Below are positions 51,960-63,520 of a stretch of 64,000 bases of DNA, in pieces; positions within the stretch are counted from its first letter, which is position 1; the number at the start of each line of letters is the position of its first letter. The notes under the pieces are model-generated. The model worked only from the letters and a program-made list of their open reading frames with translations. It made no database searches and had not been told where the DNA came from. A program made the translations under genes and the position numbers. This DNA is from Eledone cirrhosa. Taxonomy: Eukaryota. The stretch lies in assembly GCA_964016885.1 (NCBI GenBank), contig OZ024745.1:116870001-116934000 (forward strand), given 5' to 3'.

Positions 51960-52160
51960 GCCCCTTCCTCTTCACACTGTCGAGACCTCAGGCGTTCTCG
52001 GACACCCTACCTTCGAGCTCCTCCGCCTGATCGGAACATCGGTGGCTCGTCCGAGAAAGGAGCCTTCCGATGTGGGGTGGCTATTGCAGTGGGTGTCGCT
52101 GGCCATTATCCACGGGAATGCTTTGCGGTCCTGTCCGCGGGGCGCAGGACCAGAGCCCAA
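51960..52160 (+). mobile_element. CRE-clade RLE retrotransposon 3' tip
   Basis: VETSGVLG..LL..IG...WLLQWVSLAIIHGNA is homologous to the C-terminus of ORF 1059-1613. Confidence 0.8.
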
Positions 52161-52589
52161 TCACCTCCCTCACTCTCCCCATTTTTCTGTGACACTGGAG
52201 CCCTTGCTGTTCCCTTCCTTTTCTGTTTTTTTTTATATTTTCTTATTTTACATTCCATTCTTTTCTTTTTCTATTGTATTTAAAGTTTAAATAAATATGA
52301 ACAAAGTGAAAATTAATTAAACCCAACGTATACCAAAATGCAAATTTTTGACAAATTCTTAAAGGTCTTTCAATTCTACAGACGCCAACTTTCGTTCGCT
52401 TCATTTATGAACAACCTTTACTCTGCTCTGAAATTATATTTTATCTCGGATACCTGTGTATCATTTCTCAGTACAATTGTCCCTATCATGAATATAACTC
52501 CATAAATTCTGTACATGATAAATCTTCTGATGCAGAGATTCATCTTAATTGTGCCTCATTTCATCTCTAACAGATTAGGGACCTCGTCC

Positions 52590-53700
52590 TGGTTTTACTC
52601 TCAGCTTTATATCACGGTAAATAGCAAGAACTGTTTTACTCTCAGCTTTATATCACGGTAAATAGCAAGAACTGTTTTACTCTCAGCTTTATATCATCGT
52701 AAATAGCAAGAACTGTTTTACTCTCAGCTTTATATCATGGTAAATAGCAAGCACCATTTTACTCTCAGCTTTATATCATGGTAAATAGCAAACACTATTT
52801 TACTCTCAGCTTTATATCGCGGTAAATAGCAAGAACTGTTTTACTCTCAGCTTTATATCACGGTAAATAGCAAGCACCATTTTACTCTCAGCTTTATATC
52901 ATGGTAAATAGCAAGCACCATTTTACTCTCAGCTTTATATCATGGTAAATAGCAAACACTGTTTTACTCTCAGCTTTATATCACGGTAAATAGCAAGAAC
53001 TGTTTTACTCTCAGCTTTATATCACGGTAAATAGCAAGCACCATTTTACTCTCAGCTTTATATCATGGTAAATAGCAAGAACTGTTTTACTCTCAGCTTT
53101 ATATCACGGTAAATAGCAAACACTGTTTTACTCTCAGCTTTATATCATGGTAAATAGCAAGAACTGTTTTACTCTCAGCTTTATATCACGGTAAATAGCA
53201 AGCACCATTTTACTCTCAGCTTTATATCATGGTAAATAGCAAGAACTGTTTTACTCTCAGCTTTATATAACGGTAAATAGCAAACACTGTTTTACTCTCA
53301 GCTTTATATCATGGTAAATAGCAAGAACTGTTTTACTCTCAGCTTTATATCATGGTAAATAGCAAGAACCATTTTACTCTCAGCTTTATATCACGGTAAA
53401 TAGCAAGAACCGTTTTACTCTCAGCTTTATATCATGGTAAATAGCAAGAACCGTTTTACTCTCAGCTTTATATCACGGTAAATAGCAAGAACCGTTTTAC
53501 TCTCAGCTTTATATCACGGTAAATAGCAAGAACTGTTTTACTCTCAGCTTTATATCACGGTAAATAGCAAGAACTGTTTTACTCTCAGCTTTATATCATG
53601 GTAAATAGCATGAACTGTTTTACTCTCAGCTTTATATCACGGTAAATAGCAAGAACTGTTTTACTCTCAGCTTTATATCACGGTAGATAACATGAACTGT
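52590..53700. repeat. 41-bp minisatellite, about 27 copies
   Basis: Unit ctgttttactctcagctttatatcacggtaaatagcaagaa, starting at 52631, 52672 and so on. Confidence 0.97.
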
Positions 53701-53789
53701 ATTTCACTTCATTTTACAATCTGATTCATAGAAATGTAAATTAACATCAACTTACGTATCCCAGGATCTATCACTATACTATGTCTCTA

Positions 53790-54058
53790 TTCTTTGTAAC
53801 AGGGAACTTCGTCTTAAGCCAGGAGGCTCTTCAGGCTGGTGCTTATCCTGGTTTTGTGGTGTGAAGTGACTGAGAGTACAAGACTCCCTCCCCCCTGGAC
53901 AGGTTGCCAGGTTAAATCTTCTGGTACGCATTTTCAGTTGCGTATACTGGAGCAACATGAATGAGGTGTTTTGCTCAAGAATACAAAACCCAGCCCCAAA
54001 AGTCGAACCCACTGCACTATGATCGTCAAACACACTTACCACAAGACCACGCGTCTCA
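53790..54058 (-). mobile_element. tRNA-derived SINE family B, long-tail variant
   Basis: Homologous to 410-690. Confidence 0.7.
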
Positions 54059-55409
54059 TACATATTTTTAATTTGACAAAAGGAGGTTTTCTTACAATGG
54101 TTTGACCTTTTCGTGCTATTTCTTGCATTAGATGGTGTCACTTGAAGACAACACTCTACTTTTAGTCATATAACTACATCCGAATAATTCATTTTAAATA
54201 ACCTTAGTGTGGGCTTGCATGTTTTGGGTGATATCAAATCTAAAAATATTGTTAAACGCAGATGTTCTTATTGAACCTTGCATTCCAACGAGTTAACTCT
54301 GCTCACACAATAGGCATGGCCATATGGTATCAGGTTCGCTCTCACAGCATGAGACCTAGTATGCTGTGTGTGATTGCAGATTCGAACCACAGACTACGCA
54401 GCACCTCCTGATATTCCCCCTGCTGGAACACCCCTACACAGCATTGCACTTGGCAGAGTTTAATGCGAAAGGACAGCAATGTGTTCAGCTGTGGCGGAAT
54501 TAGATCTAGCCAAGCTCTGTAACTGACACTCTTGTGGACACGATAAGAAGTACGTTGGCGAACATCTGCCATAATACGTGTTGACTCAAGTCTTAGAAGC
54601 AAAATGGAACGGTAAACTGTACTGATATACGGGGTTTTTAACTTTATCTGACCCCCGGTTTAATATCACCACCTGACTATTCAGTACTTTTAGTAAATGC
54701 TTCTGTTTCATGTATTTGTACAGTAAGGTCCCTCTAGCGATCTTGCCTCCGTTGCAAGCATACTGACCGTGGTTTCTCCTTGTTCCTTTCCCCTGTCTAA
54801 GAAGTTTCCTTCACGAATAAGTTAAAGTCAAATATCTTCCAGCTTTGCCTATAACCTTCTTATACTTATATTTCATGTATTGTTATATTTTAAGTAGCTT
54901 GTTTAAACAATAAAATTTTATACGTAATATATTAGTTAAAGCAAAATGCTATTGAACAGAAATATAAACACCAAATAAATAATATACCTGAAGAATCATG
55001 TTGTATGGCTGACTATGTAATTTTATCTTGTTAAAATATTTTACACCCAATTGTATACTATAGTGTTTTTATTAGTGATGTAGGCTACGTCGGAAAGCTA
55101 TGTTGCGACCATATCACAACATGACAACATGTCAGCTCGACTCATTAAATTGCCAAAAGTATTTGGAGTTATGATTCCAATATTATTATCATTTTGCAGC
55201 AATGCTATATGCTTTAATCATACTGATAGGTTATAAATAACAGACTTTTACAATTTATTTATTTTATATCGCATTTTGTGGCAAAATAGTGTCACTGGCT
55301 AACGGTTGGGTTACGAGTTCAATGCCTTTATAATCGTGAGAGTAGCAAGAAAGTGTTTATGTCGGATAGAATAAATAAAATGTGTTCGAAAACACCAATT
55401 TAGCGGTTT

Positions 55410-55450
<41 letters not shown>

Positions 55451-56287
55451 GGTGTTAAAGTTTGCTTGAAGCATTGTGAAATGTGTAAAAATACGTATTT
55501 AAGAAAGCCACAACAATGCAAAGGGAAATCTCGAGGTAGGAAGTGAAATATAGATAGGAAAAACAGGTGAAAGTGAAAGTTGAGAGAGACAAAGATGAAA
55601 ACAAAACAAAGGTAGAAGGGTTACCGTAGTAGAGATTTTAATCCCAATATTTCGGGCTCACGCCCATCAACGGGGGAAAAGTTCCAAAAGGGGGGAAAAA
55701 CAGGCCAAGCGGAGAAAGTAGTGATGTCGTTAAGACAGGAATGCCGTTATGGGGAGAAAATATTTAAAATTTAAACGAGGGAGAGAATGCGCGTGCGCGT
55801 GATAAGCTGTGGCAAAAGCCACTGACCAAATGGGTTAAATCAAGAGGGTGCGTTAGCGTGTGAAAGTCGTAAGATATGTGTATGTAAATATATATGTGTG
55901 TGTGACTGTGTGTGTATAAGTGTAAGTGTGTATATGTGTGAGTGTGTGTGTGTGTGAAAGATAGTGGGCTGTGGAAGTTGGAAATCAAAGGGTGTGAAAG
56001 GTGGTAGGTTGTAAAATATGTGTGCGTGTATAAATATAGATGTGTGTGTGTGTAAGCGTATGGGTATACATGTGTGTGTGTAACTGTGTATGTATATGTG
56101 TGAGTGCGTTTGTGTGTGAAAGATAGTGGGCTGTAGAAGCTGGAAATCAAAGGGTGTGAAAGGTGGTAGGTTGTAAAAACATGTGTGCGTGTAAAAAATA
56201 TAGAAGTGTGTGTGCATGCGTATGGGTATGCATATACGTGCGTGTGTGTGAAGATAGCAGGCCGTAGGCTGTGAATGGTCATTATGG

Positions 56288-57133
56288 TTAAGTTAGCCAT
56301 GTCAGCTCATTTCTCTCAGCCCGGTTGTTAAGTGGGGGTCTGAGGTTCTTAATAACAAGTGCTTCCTTTATCCTTAAGGATCCGATGCTGCGTTCAGTCG
56401 CTAGGACTGTGACCAAGGGTCTACCCTGTGGGTTTCCGCATTTGAGGATATGTTTACGGAAGGAAGATGCGTTGGTGTTGATATGTTCCTTGATACGAAC
56501 ATGTAGGGGTCGGATGGTGCTACCTATGTAAAACTTATTACATTTATCGCATTGAATCTTATATACGACATAGGTGCGTAGGCAATCTGCCCCCCGTATC
56601 GGGCAGTTGCTGAGGGAACACGTCCCATCTGCCTCGTAGGGTTTGTTGGAGAGGCATCTTCGCAGCGAAGGTCCTGTGTGGGCCAAATGTATGTCAAGTC
56701 CCTCCGTACGTATGGCCCTGCGGATGGCGTTCGTGGTATATTCACTCAGGTGGGGGATTTTAAAGAAGCACCTGCTAATATTAAGTTTTCTAGTGGGTGT
56801 CAGTCTACTGGGTCTGGGGTCTCTAATTCCGTTAATCAGTCGCTTGGGATAACCATTAGACCTGAGTAGATTACGGAATTGCGTGGTATGGGTGAGACCA
56901 CCCATCGGGTCGCTGCATCTGTTAGTGATCCGTGTCAGTTCATTTAGGACATAGCCTCTCTTAGCGTTGTTGGGGAGGGCTGAGTTATAATGCACAAATA
57001 AGTCCTTGCACGCTGCTTTGCGGTAGAAAGTGGTGTTTATGTCTCCTTCTTCCGAGATGTTGATACGGAAGTCGAGGAGGGCGAGTGACCCGTCTTCTCC
57101 CGGGTGTTCGATGGTGAAATCGATGTGTTGGTC
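56288..57133 (-). CDS. PLE polyprotein C-terminal part (RT thumb + GIY-YIG endonuclease), 5'-truncated, left arm
   Basis: HIDFTIE..LALLDF.I...TTFYRK....FVHYNSALP..NGYP..C..C..C..VVYKIQCDKC..FYIGSTIRPL.VRIKEH..IKEAL.I...P.LN. The frame is uninterrupted. Confidence 0.88.
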   Translation of the reverse strand, partial: DQHIDFTIEHPGEDGSLALLDFRINISEEGDINTTFYRKAACKDLFVHYNSALPNNAKRGYVLNELTRITNRCSDPMGGLTHTTQFRNLLRSNGYPKRLINGIRDPRPSRLTPTRKLNISRCFFKIPHLSEYTTNAIRRAIRTEGLDIHLAHTGPSLRRCLSNKPYEADGTCSLSNCPIRGADCLRTYVVYKIQCDKCNKFYIGSTIRPLHVRIKEHINTNASSFRKHILKCGNPQGRPLVTVLATERSIGSLRIKEALVIKNLRPPLNNRAERNELTWLT

Positions 57134-57141
57134 AGTATCGT

Positions 57142-57987
57142 GACCAACACATCGATTTCACCATCGAACACCCGGGAGAAGACGGGTCACTCGCCCTCCT
57201 CGACTTCCGTATCAACATCTCGGAAGAAGGAGACATAAACACCACTTTCTACCGCAAAGCAGCGTGCAAGGACTTATTTGTGCATTATAACTCAGCCCTC
57301 CCCAACAACGCTAAGAGAGGCTATGTCCTAAATGAACTGACACGGATCACTAACAGATGCAGCGACCCGATGGGTGGTCTCACCCATACCACGCAATTCC
57401 GTAATCTACTCAGGTCTAATGGTTATCCCAAGCGACTGATTAACGGAATTAGAGACCCCAGACCCAGTAGACTGACACCCACTAGAAAACTTAATATTAG
57501 CAGGTGCTTCTTTAAAATCCCCCACCTGAGTGAATATACCACGAACGCCATCCGCAGGGCCATACGTACGGAGGGACTTGACATACATTTGGCCCACACA
57601 GGACCTTCGCTGCGAAGATGCCTCTCCAACAAACCCTACGAGGCAGATGGGACGTGTTCCCTCAGCAACTGCCCGATACGGGGGGCAGATTGCCTACGCA
57701 CCTATGTCGTATATAAGATTCAATGCGATAAATGTAACAAGTTTTACATAGGTAGCACCATCCGACCCCTACATGTTCGTATCAAGGAACATATCAACAC
57801 CAACGCATCTTCCTTCCGTAAACATATCCTCAAATGCGGAAACCCACAGGGTAGACCCTTGGTCACAGTCCTAGCGACTGAACGCAGCATCGGATCCTTA
57901 AGGATAAAGGAAGCACTTGTTATTAAGAACCTCAGACCCCCACTTAACAACCGGGCTGAGAGAAATGAGCTGACATGGCTAACTTAA
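57142..57987 (+). CDS. PLE polyprotein C-terminal part (RT thumb + GIY-YIG endonuclease), 5'-truncated, right arm
   Basis: Mirror copy of 56288-57133. The translation is identical in the ORF track. Confidence 0.88.
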   Translation, partial: DQHIDFTIEHPGEDGSLALLDFRINISEEGDINTTFYRKAACKDLFVHYNSALPNNAKRGYVLNELTRITNRCSDPMGGLTHTTQFRNLLRSNGYPKRLINGIRDPRPSRLTPTRKLNISRCFFKIPHLSEYTTNAIRRAIRTEGLDIHLAHTGPSLRRCLSNKPYEADGTCSLSNCPIRGADCLRTYVVYKIQCDKCNKFYIGSTIRPLHVRIKEHINTNASSFRKHILKCGNPQGRPLVTVLATERSIGSLRIKEALVIKNLRPPLNNRAERNELTWLT

Positions 57988-58596
57988 CCATAATGACCAT
58001 TCACAGCCTACGGCCTGCTATCTTCACACACACGCACGTATATGCATACCCATACGCATGCACACACACTTCTATATTTTTTACACGCACACATGTTTTT
58101 ACAACCTACCACCTTTCACACCCTTTGGTTTCCAGCTTCTACAGCCCACTATCTTTCACACACAAACGCACTCACACATATACATACACAGTTACACACA
58201 CACATGTATACCCATACGCTTACACACACACACATCTATATTTATACACGCACACATATTTTACAACCTACCACCTTTCACACCCTTTGATTTCCAACTT
58301 CCACAGCCCACTATCTTTCACACACACACACACTCACACATATACACACTTACACTTATACACACACAGTCACACACACATATATATTTACATACACATA
58401 TCTTACGACTTTCACACGCTAACGCACCCTCTTGATTTAACCCATTTGGTCAGTGGCTTTTGCCACAGCTTATCACGCGCACGCGCATTCTCTCCCTCGT
58501 TTAAATTTTAAATATTTTCTCCCCATAACGGCATTCCTGTCTTAACGACATCACTACTTTCTCCGCTTGGCCTGTTTTTCCCCCCTTTTGGAACTT

Positions 58597-58635
58597 TTTC
58601 CCCCGTTGATGGGCGTGAGCCCGAAATATTGGGAT
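58597..58635 (+). ncRNA. Variant minimal hammerhead-like motif (mirror copy at about 55641-55678, minus)
   Basis: UCCC-CCGUUGA-U-GGGC(GUGA)GCCC-GAAA-UAU-U-GGGA. The core deviates from CUGANGA. Confidence 0.45.
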
Positions 58636-58782
58636 TAAAATCTCTACTACGGTAACCCTTCTACCTTTGTTTTGTTTTCATCTTTGTCTCTCTCAACTTT
58701 CACTTTCACCTGTTTTTCCTATCTATATTTCACTTCCTACCTCGAGATTTCCCTTTGCATTGTTGTGGCTTTCTTAAATACG

Positions 58783-58819
<37 letters not shown>

Positions 58820-58840
58820 TGTGTGGGTGGTGTGGGTACA

Positions 58841-59458
58841 CTAACAGTAACACCCGGCGTTGCCCGCGAAACAGATGACTCGGTAGGTGAACAATTTCTT
58901 TCTTGGGCGAGAATAATGGTAATTCTGCATAATATATTATTTAAAATTCAACGTTTATATTCTTTGTAAAACAAAAAGCATATGGTTAAAACAGTCTGAA
59001 TACACACACGTGGGTGAGGGGGGGGGGGGGGGTTATTTCTTAAATCAATCTTCTAAAAACATTAATCAATAAAAGAAAGACCAAATACGTTTTTCTTTTT
59101 TTAAAAACTGATGCAACAATCATTAAATGTCAATTTCGTCATAAAACACAACTTGAAATATAAAATAAATATCACCATTAATTTTCTTGTAAATAAAGGA
59201 AAATAGCTATTATAAGGTTATATAAAAATGTGTAAGCTCAGATGTTTCGTTTTCTATAGTGAACAAATAAACGAACTATATATGTATATAAAAGGGACTG
59301 CGTCACAGGTTTCGACTATAAAATTTCAATCACAAAGCATGGGTCAACCTGAGGCGATAGAATTGCTTATGATACCGCTCATCCAACTCTAAATCATGAT
59401 TTTGCCGATCGAATTTATTAAACCCATCCCTTATTGTCTCAATTGTAGGTGTAATAGA
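58841..59458 (-). mobile_element. Probable non-autonomous Helitron (5' end tentative)
   Basis: 3' hairpin cgggcaacgccggg followed by TTAG|t. Possible a|TC start at 59458. Confidence 0.5.
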
Positions 59459-59460
59459 TA

Positions 59461-59649
59461 CTAGACCATCCGTGACCCGTTGGGTCACGTTCACTTCAAA
59501 ACATTTTTTTAAAATCATGTTTACTTAAAAATAATTTTTAAATAATTAAAATATTCACAGACATGCATATAATGTGAAATGAAACTGGAAGGCCCATATA
59601 TATACGTGTGTGTATGTATATATCTAAATGTGTGTGTGTGTGTGTATGC

Positions 59650-59683
<34 letters not shown>

Positions 59684-59793
59684 ATATATTTATATATGTG
59701 TGGGTGTCTGTATTTTCCCATTATGCGCCCTTTTGACTGTATTACATTACAGACAAGCAAGCAAGCAATCTCAAACTTTTAGTATTATATAGA
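59461..59793 (-). mobile_element. Small non-autonomous Helitron
   Basis: Starts a|TCtatataatactaaaag. Ends in the hairpin gtgacccaacgggtcac and CTAG|t. Confidence 0.8.
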
Positions 59794-59977
59794 TAGAGTT
59801 TGCTGATATTAACGTGATAAAATACGGCTTTATACTGAATAATATGCTATTTTATCCGAAATAACATTATCACATATTTCTCAATTGATTAAATACTACT
59901 AAACCAGATATGGGAAAGGATTGTCTTGGAAAAAGGAATTGACTTAAAGAAATGAAGTAATGAAGAAAAACATATTT

Positions 59978-60745
59978 ACATAGTGTCATAGCGGTATCAT
60001 AGCTGGTCATAGCGGATCATAGCGTGTCATAGATGGTCATAGCGGTATCATAGTTAGTCATAGCGGTGTCATAGATGGTCAGAGCGGTATCATAGCTGGT
60101 CATAGCGGTATCATAGCTGGTCATAACGGTGTCATAGATGGCCATAGCGGAGTCATTGATGGTCATAGCGGTATCATAGATAGTCATAGCGGTATCATAG
60201 CTGGTCATAGCGGTGTCATAGATGGTCATAGCAGTGTCATTGATGGTCATAGCGGTATCATAGATATTCATAGCGGTATCATAGCTGGTCATAGCGGTGT
60301 CATAGATGGTCATAGTGGTATCATAGCTAGTCATAGTGGTGCCCATAGCTGGTCATAGCTAGTCATAGCCGTCTCGTAGCTGGTCATAGCTGATCATAGC
60401 GGTGTCATAGCTGATCATAGAGGTGTCATAATTGATCATAGCTGGTCATAGCGGTGTCATAGCGGTATTATAGCGGTGTCATAGCTGGTCATAGCGGTGT
60501 CATAGATTGTCATAGTGGTATCATAGCTAGTTGTAGAGGAGTCCATAGCTGGTCATAGCAGTATCATAGCTTGTCATAGCTGGTCCTAGCGGTGTCATAG
60601 CTGGTCCTAGCGGTGTCATAGATGGTCATAGCGGTATCATAGTTGGTCATAGCGGTATCCTAACTGGTCATAGCGGTATCATAGATAGTCATAGCTGGTC
60701 ATAGCGGTGTCATTGCGGTGTCATAGCTGGTCATAGCGGTGTCCA
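59978..60745. repeat. Minisatellite of 10/11-bp subunits (tcatagcggta / tcatagctgg; 21-bp higher order)
   Basis: Directly visible. Confidence 0.95.
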
Positions 60746-61435
60746 TTCATTGTTCTTTAGCCCAAAACAAGTACCAGTATAACGTTGATTATTGCAACGT
60801 AATACAACATTAATTCTTGCGATCTCGAATGGATAAAAGGCAAAGTTGACCTCGGTGGGACTTGAACTCAAAGCATTCTATCTTGAGGTTCTTAGGACTC
60901 TCACAATTCGCCACCTGGATTAACTTTACCTTATTTAGATTTATTCTGGTTAGATTCTTCATGAAATTTTAATCTCGATTATTTCGACATCACATAATTC
61001 TTGATGTTTGTGATTTCCATGAAAAATTGGTTTTATCATGTATGTGTATTATTTGTTATACATATGTTCTTGGTTTTTTTTTTTAGTAAACTAATAGATC
61101 CAGATCTGAAAATATCCTGCTAAATTTTAAATGATTTTTGAATTGAATCAATGTAATGATTGTTGCTGAAATTGAAATTAAAAATTATTCATATATTTAT
61201 GAATAATGTGATATAACTTTTAATTAAAAAAAATATAACAAGGACATTTTCCCGTTCAATCATATTCAATAAATTCCAGTTTCCTTAATTTGGATGTTTT
61301 AAATTATTTCATACCTGCTAATGAAATTTGGCTGACACCGATGAAACGGTGTATATATTTATATATATATATATATGAAGTAATTCCGTCGGAATAGAGC
61401 GTATTAGTTATGTAATAAACAACATAAGATAATTA

Positions 61436-61495
61436 TTTCATTTACCAGTGGTTTCTTGAAAGCAAATAAATCTGCTTTCAGTCGTCAGAATGAAA
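61436..61495 (-). ncRNA. Type I hammerhead ribozyme at a PLE 3' tip
   Basis: UUUCAUU-CUGACGA-C-UGAAAGCA(loop)UGCUUUCA-A-GAAA-CC(ACU)GG-UA-AAUGAAA. Stem I is 7 bp, stem II is 8 bp and the triplet is GUA. It lies about 60 nt from (TA)n. Confidence 0.85.
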
Positions 61496-61684
61496 AAATG
61501 TTGGTGTTTTTATTGAATATGGATTTGAAAACAAAAATATAAGAAATATGAAAGTGAGGCTGAAGGAAGAAGAATAAAAAGAAAAAGATAATAAGTATAA
61601 AAGTATATAAAAACACACACACACAAACACATATACATATATATATATATATAAATATAGATACACATACACATAAATAGACAA

Positions 61685-61781
<97 letters not shown>

Positions 61782-61949
61782 ATTATGAAAATAAATAAAC
61801 GAATATAATGCATATACTAAAGTAAGCAGTGACATCACCTTACAAAGATAAAATACATATACATGAAATCAAAATAATAAATAAATAAAGGTAAAAAATA
61901 AAGTCAAATATAAAAAATAGAAAATAAAGAAATAAAAAATATATTTCTA

Positions 61950-62232
61950 ATTTTAAAAATTCTACAAACACTTTTGTCCTTTCCGATAAAACTAAAAACC
62001 TTTTTGAAGTAAATAGTATTTTGTATAACCAACTTTTAACAAATAGTATCACCAACAAATATCAATTAGCTAACAATAACATCTACAATTCCATTAATAA
62101 AGAAGCTAAATACCTAGCTAGGATTTTAAAAATAGACAACCGGGTTGAAAGCCTAGCTAAACGTAAAGAATATATTACCCTTAAAGACCATAAATCAGAC
62201 TTCACTAATCGACCTAGCTGTAGACTAATTGA
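61950..62232 (+). mobile_element. PLE (Naiad-type) reverse transcriptase N-terminal fragment
   Basis: FVLSDKTKNLFEV...Y..LL.NSIT.KY....IN.EAK..A..LKI.NRVE....YITLKDHKSDF.NRPSCRLI. Confidence 0.8.
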
Positions 62233-62365
62233 GGGTGACAGAGAGAGAGGGTGAGGAGAGAGAGAAGGAGAATGGAAGAAAGTTGGTGGTGTTGTTGTAT
62301 ATATACATAAGTGTGTGTGTATATGTGTCTGTGTGTGTGTGTGTATATATAACACACATACATAT

Positions 62366-62811
62366 ACTAGACCTGAAAAATAGGCAAGCTCAAAAGAGCC
62401 ACAGAATGTTATAATAAACCTTCAAAAGTGTGGGACTAGAGTTGTTGCTCAAAAATATTGTAATCATTATCTATCGTACACTCTGTGGCATCCTTTTATA
62501 AAAAAGAGACTCATAACGAACTCAAGACGACACGATAATTATTTAAGCTAATATTCAACATCTCATATTAGATGTTTAGTAAGGATTAATCAGAAATGCA
62601 CTTAAACCGAATTCTATATTATAAATTCACTTAAATAATTATCGTGTCGTCTTGAGTTCGTTATGAGTCTCTTTTTATAAAAGGATGCCACAGAGTGTAC
62701 GATAGATAATGATTACAATATTTTTGAGCAGCAACTCTAGTCCCACACTTTTGAAGGTTTATTATAACATTCTGTAGCTCTTTTTGAGCTTGCGCATTTT
62801 TCAGGTCTAGT
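62366..62811. mobile_element. Fold-back / MITE-like element with 182-bp inverted arms
   Basis: Arms 62366-62547 and 62630-62811 with an 82-nt spacer. Termini are ACTAGACCTG...CAGGTCTAGT. Confidence 0.8.
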
Positions 62812-63332
62812 TTAATATTTTTTTAAGGCAACGCTTGTAATAACTCTAGTTAAACATATATATTAATAATAAATTATCGTTGTAATGTAATTAGATTATA
62901 TAATTGTTATTTTATAAATGATCTTATAAATATTATTGTAAGATGTATAAAAATATTTTCAGACTTTTAATAGTTAATATAAATTTAAAAAATCATATAT
63001 AAATTAACAATATAACTTACCAAAACGAGAAAAATATTTTGATGATAAACGACGAAATACTGGAGGAAGATTCGAAAGCGAAACGATAAATAAACGTGCA
63101 AACAAAGTGGCGGATGCTTTTGAGCAACAATTACTCTCGTTGGTTGATTAGCCAATAAGACGATACATTACAAAAGTTGTTTGGGAGGGATCGCCACGGC
63201 CAGCGATACCCCTTGAAATTTTTATTCACAAGCTACGCATGTATGTCAGACAGATCAGACACGTAGACTTAAAACATTCTGTTGTTAGTCACTGCGTGGC
63301 TAACAGATACAAACACACACATATATATACAT

Positions 63333-63384
<52 letters not shown>

Positions 63385-63389
<5 letters not shown>

Positions 63390-63520
63390 TCTTCCAGTTT
63401 CATTTCACATTATATACATGTCTGTGTATATTTTAATTATTTAAAAACTATTTTTTGGTGAACATGATTTTTTTTTATATTTTGAAGTGAATGTGACCCA
63501 ACGGGTCACTGGTGGTCTAG
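63385..63520 (+). mobile_element. Helitron 3' part, same family as 59461-59793
   Basis: About 135 bp homologous in inverted orientation. Hairpin gtgacccaacgggtcac and CTAG|t at 63517-63521. Confidence 0.75.

Larger units (their letters stand above)
55448..58790. mobile_element. 3.3-kb palindromic (head-to-head fold-back) Penelope-like element in (TA)n
   Basis: Arms 55486-57134 and 57141-58790 with a 6-nt loop gtatcg. Mirror ORF coordinates sum to 114275. (TA)n at 55415-55447 and 58790-58818. Confidence 0.93.

Noticed and set aside
52590-53700. CRISPR-like appearance of the 41-bp array (and the 51-bp array at 34824)
   Set aside because: The units are contiguous with no unique spacers, there are no cas genes, and the context is eukaryotic.
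55764-56300. 178-aa His/Thr-rich ORF (and mirror 57975-58511)
   Set aside because: It is the translation of the CA-rich PLE 3'UTR.
60017-60346. ORF with YDTAMT[IS] heptad repeats resembling a repeat or ice-binding protein
   Set aside because: It is the translation of a 21-bp satellite. The rest of the array breaks frame through 10/11-bp subunit changes, and there are no splice or start signals.
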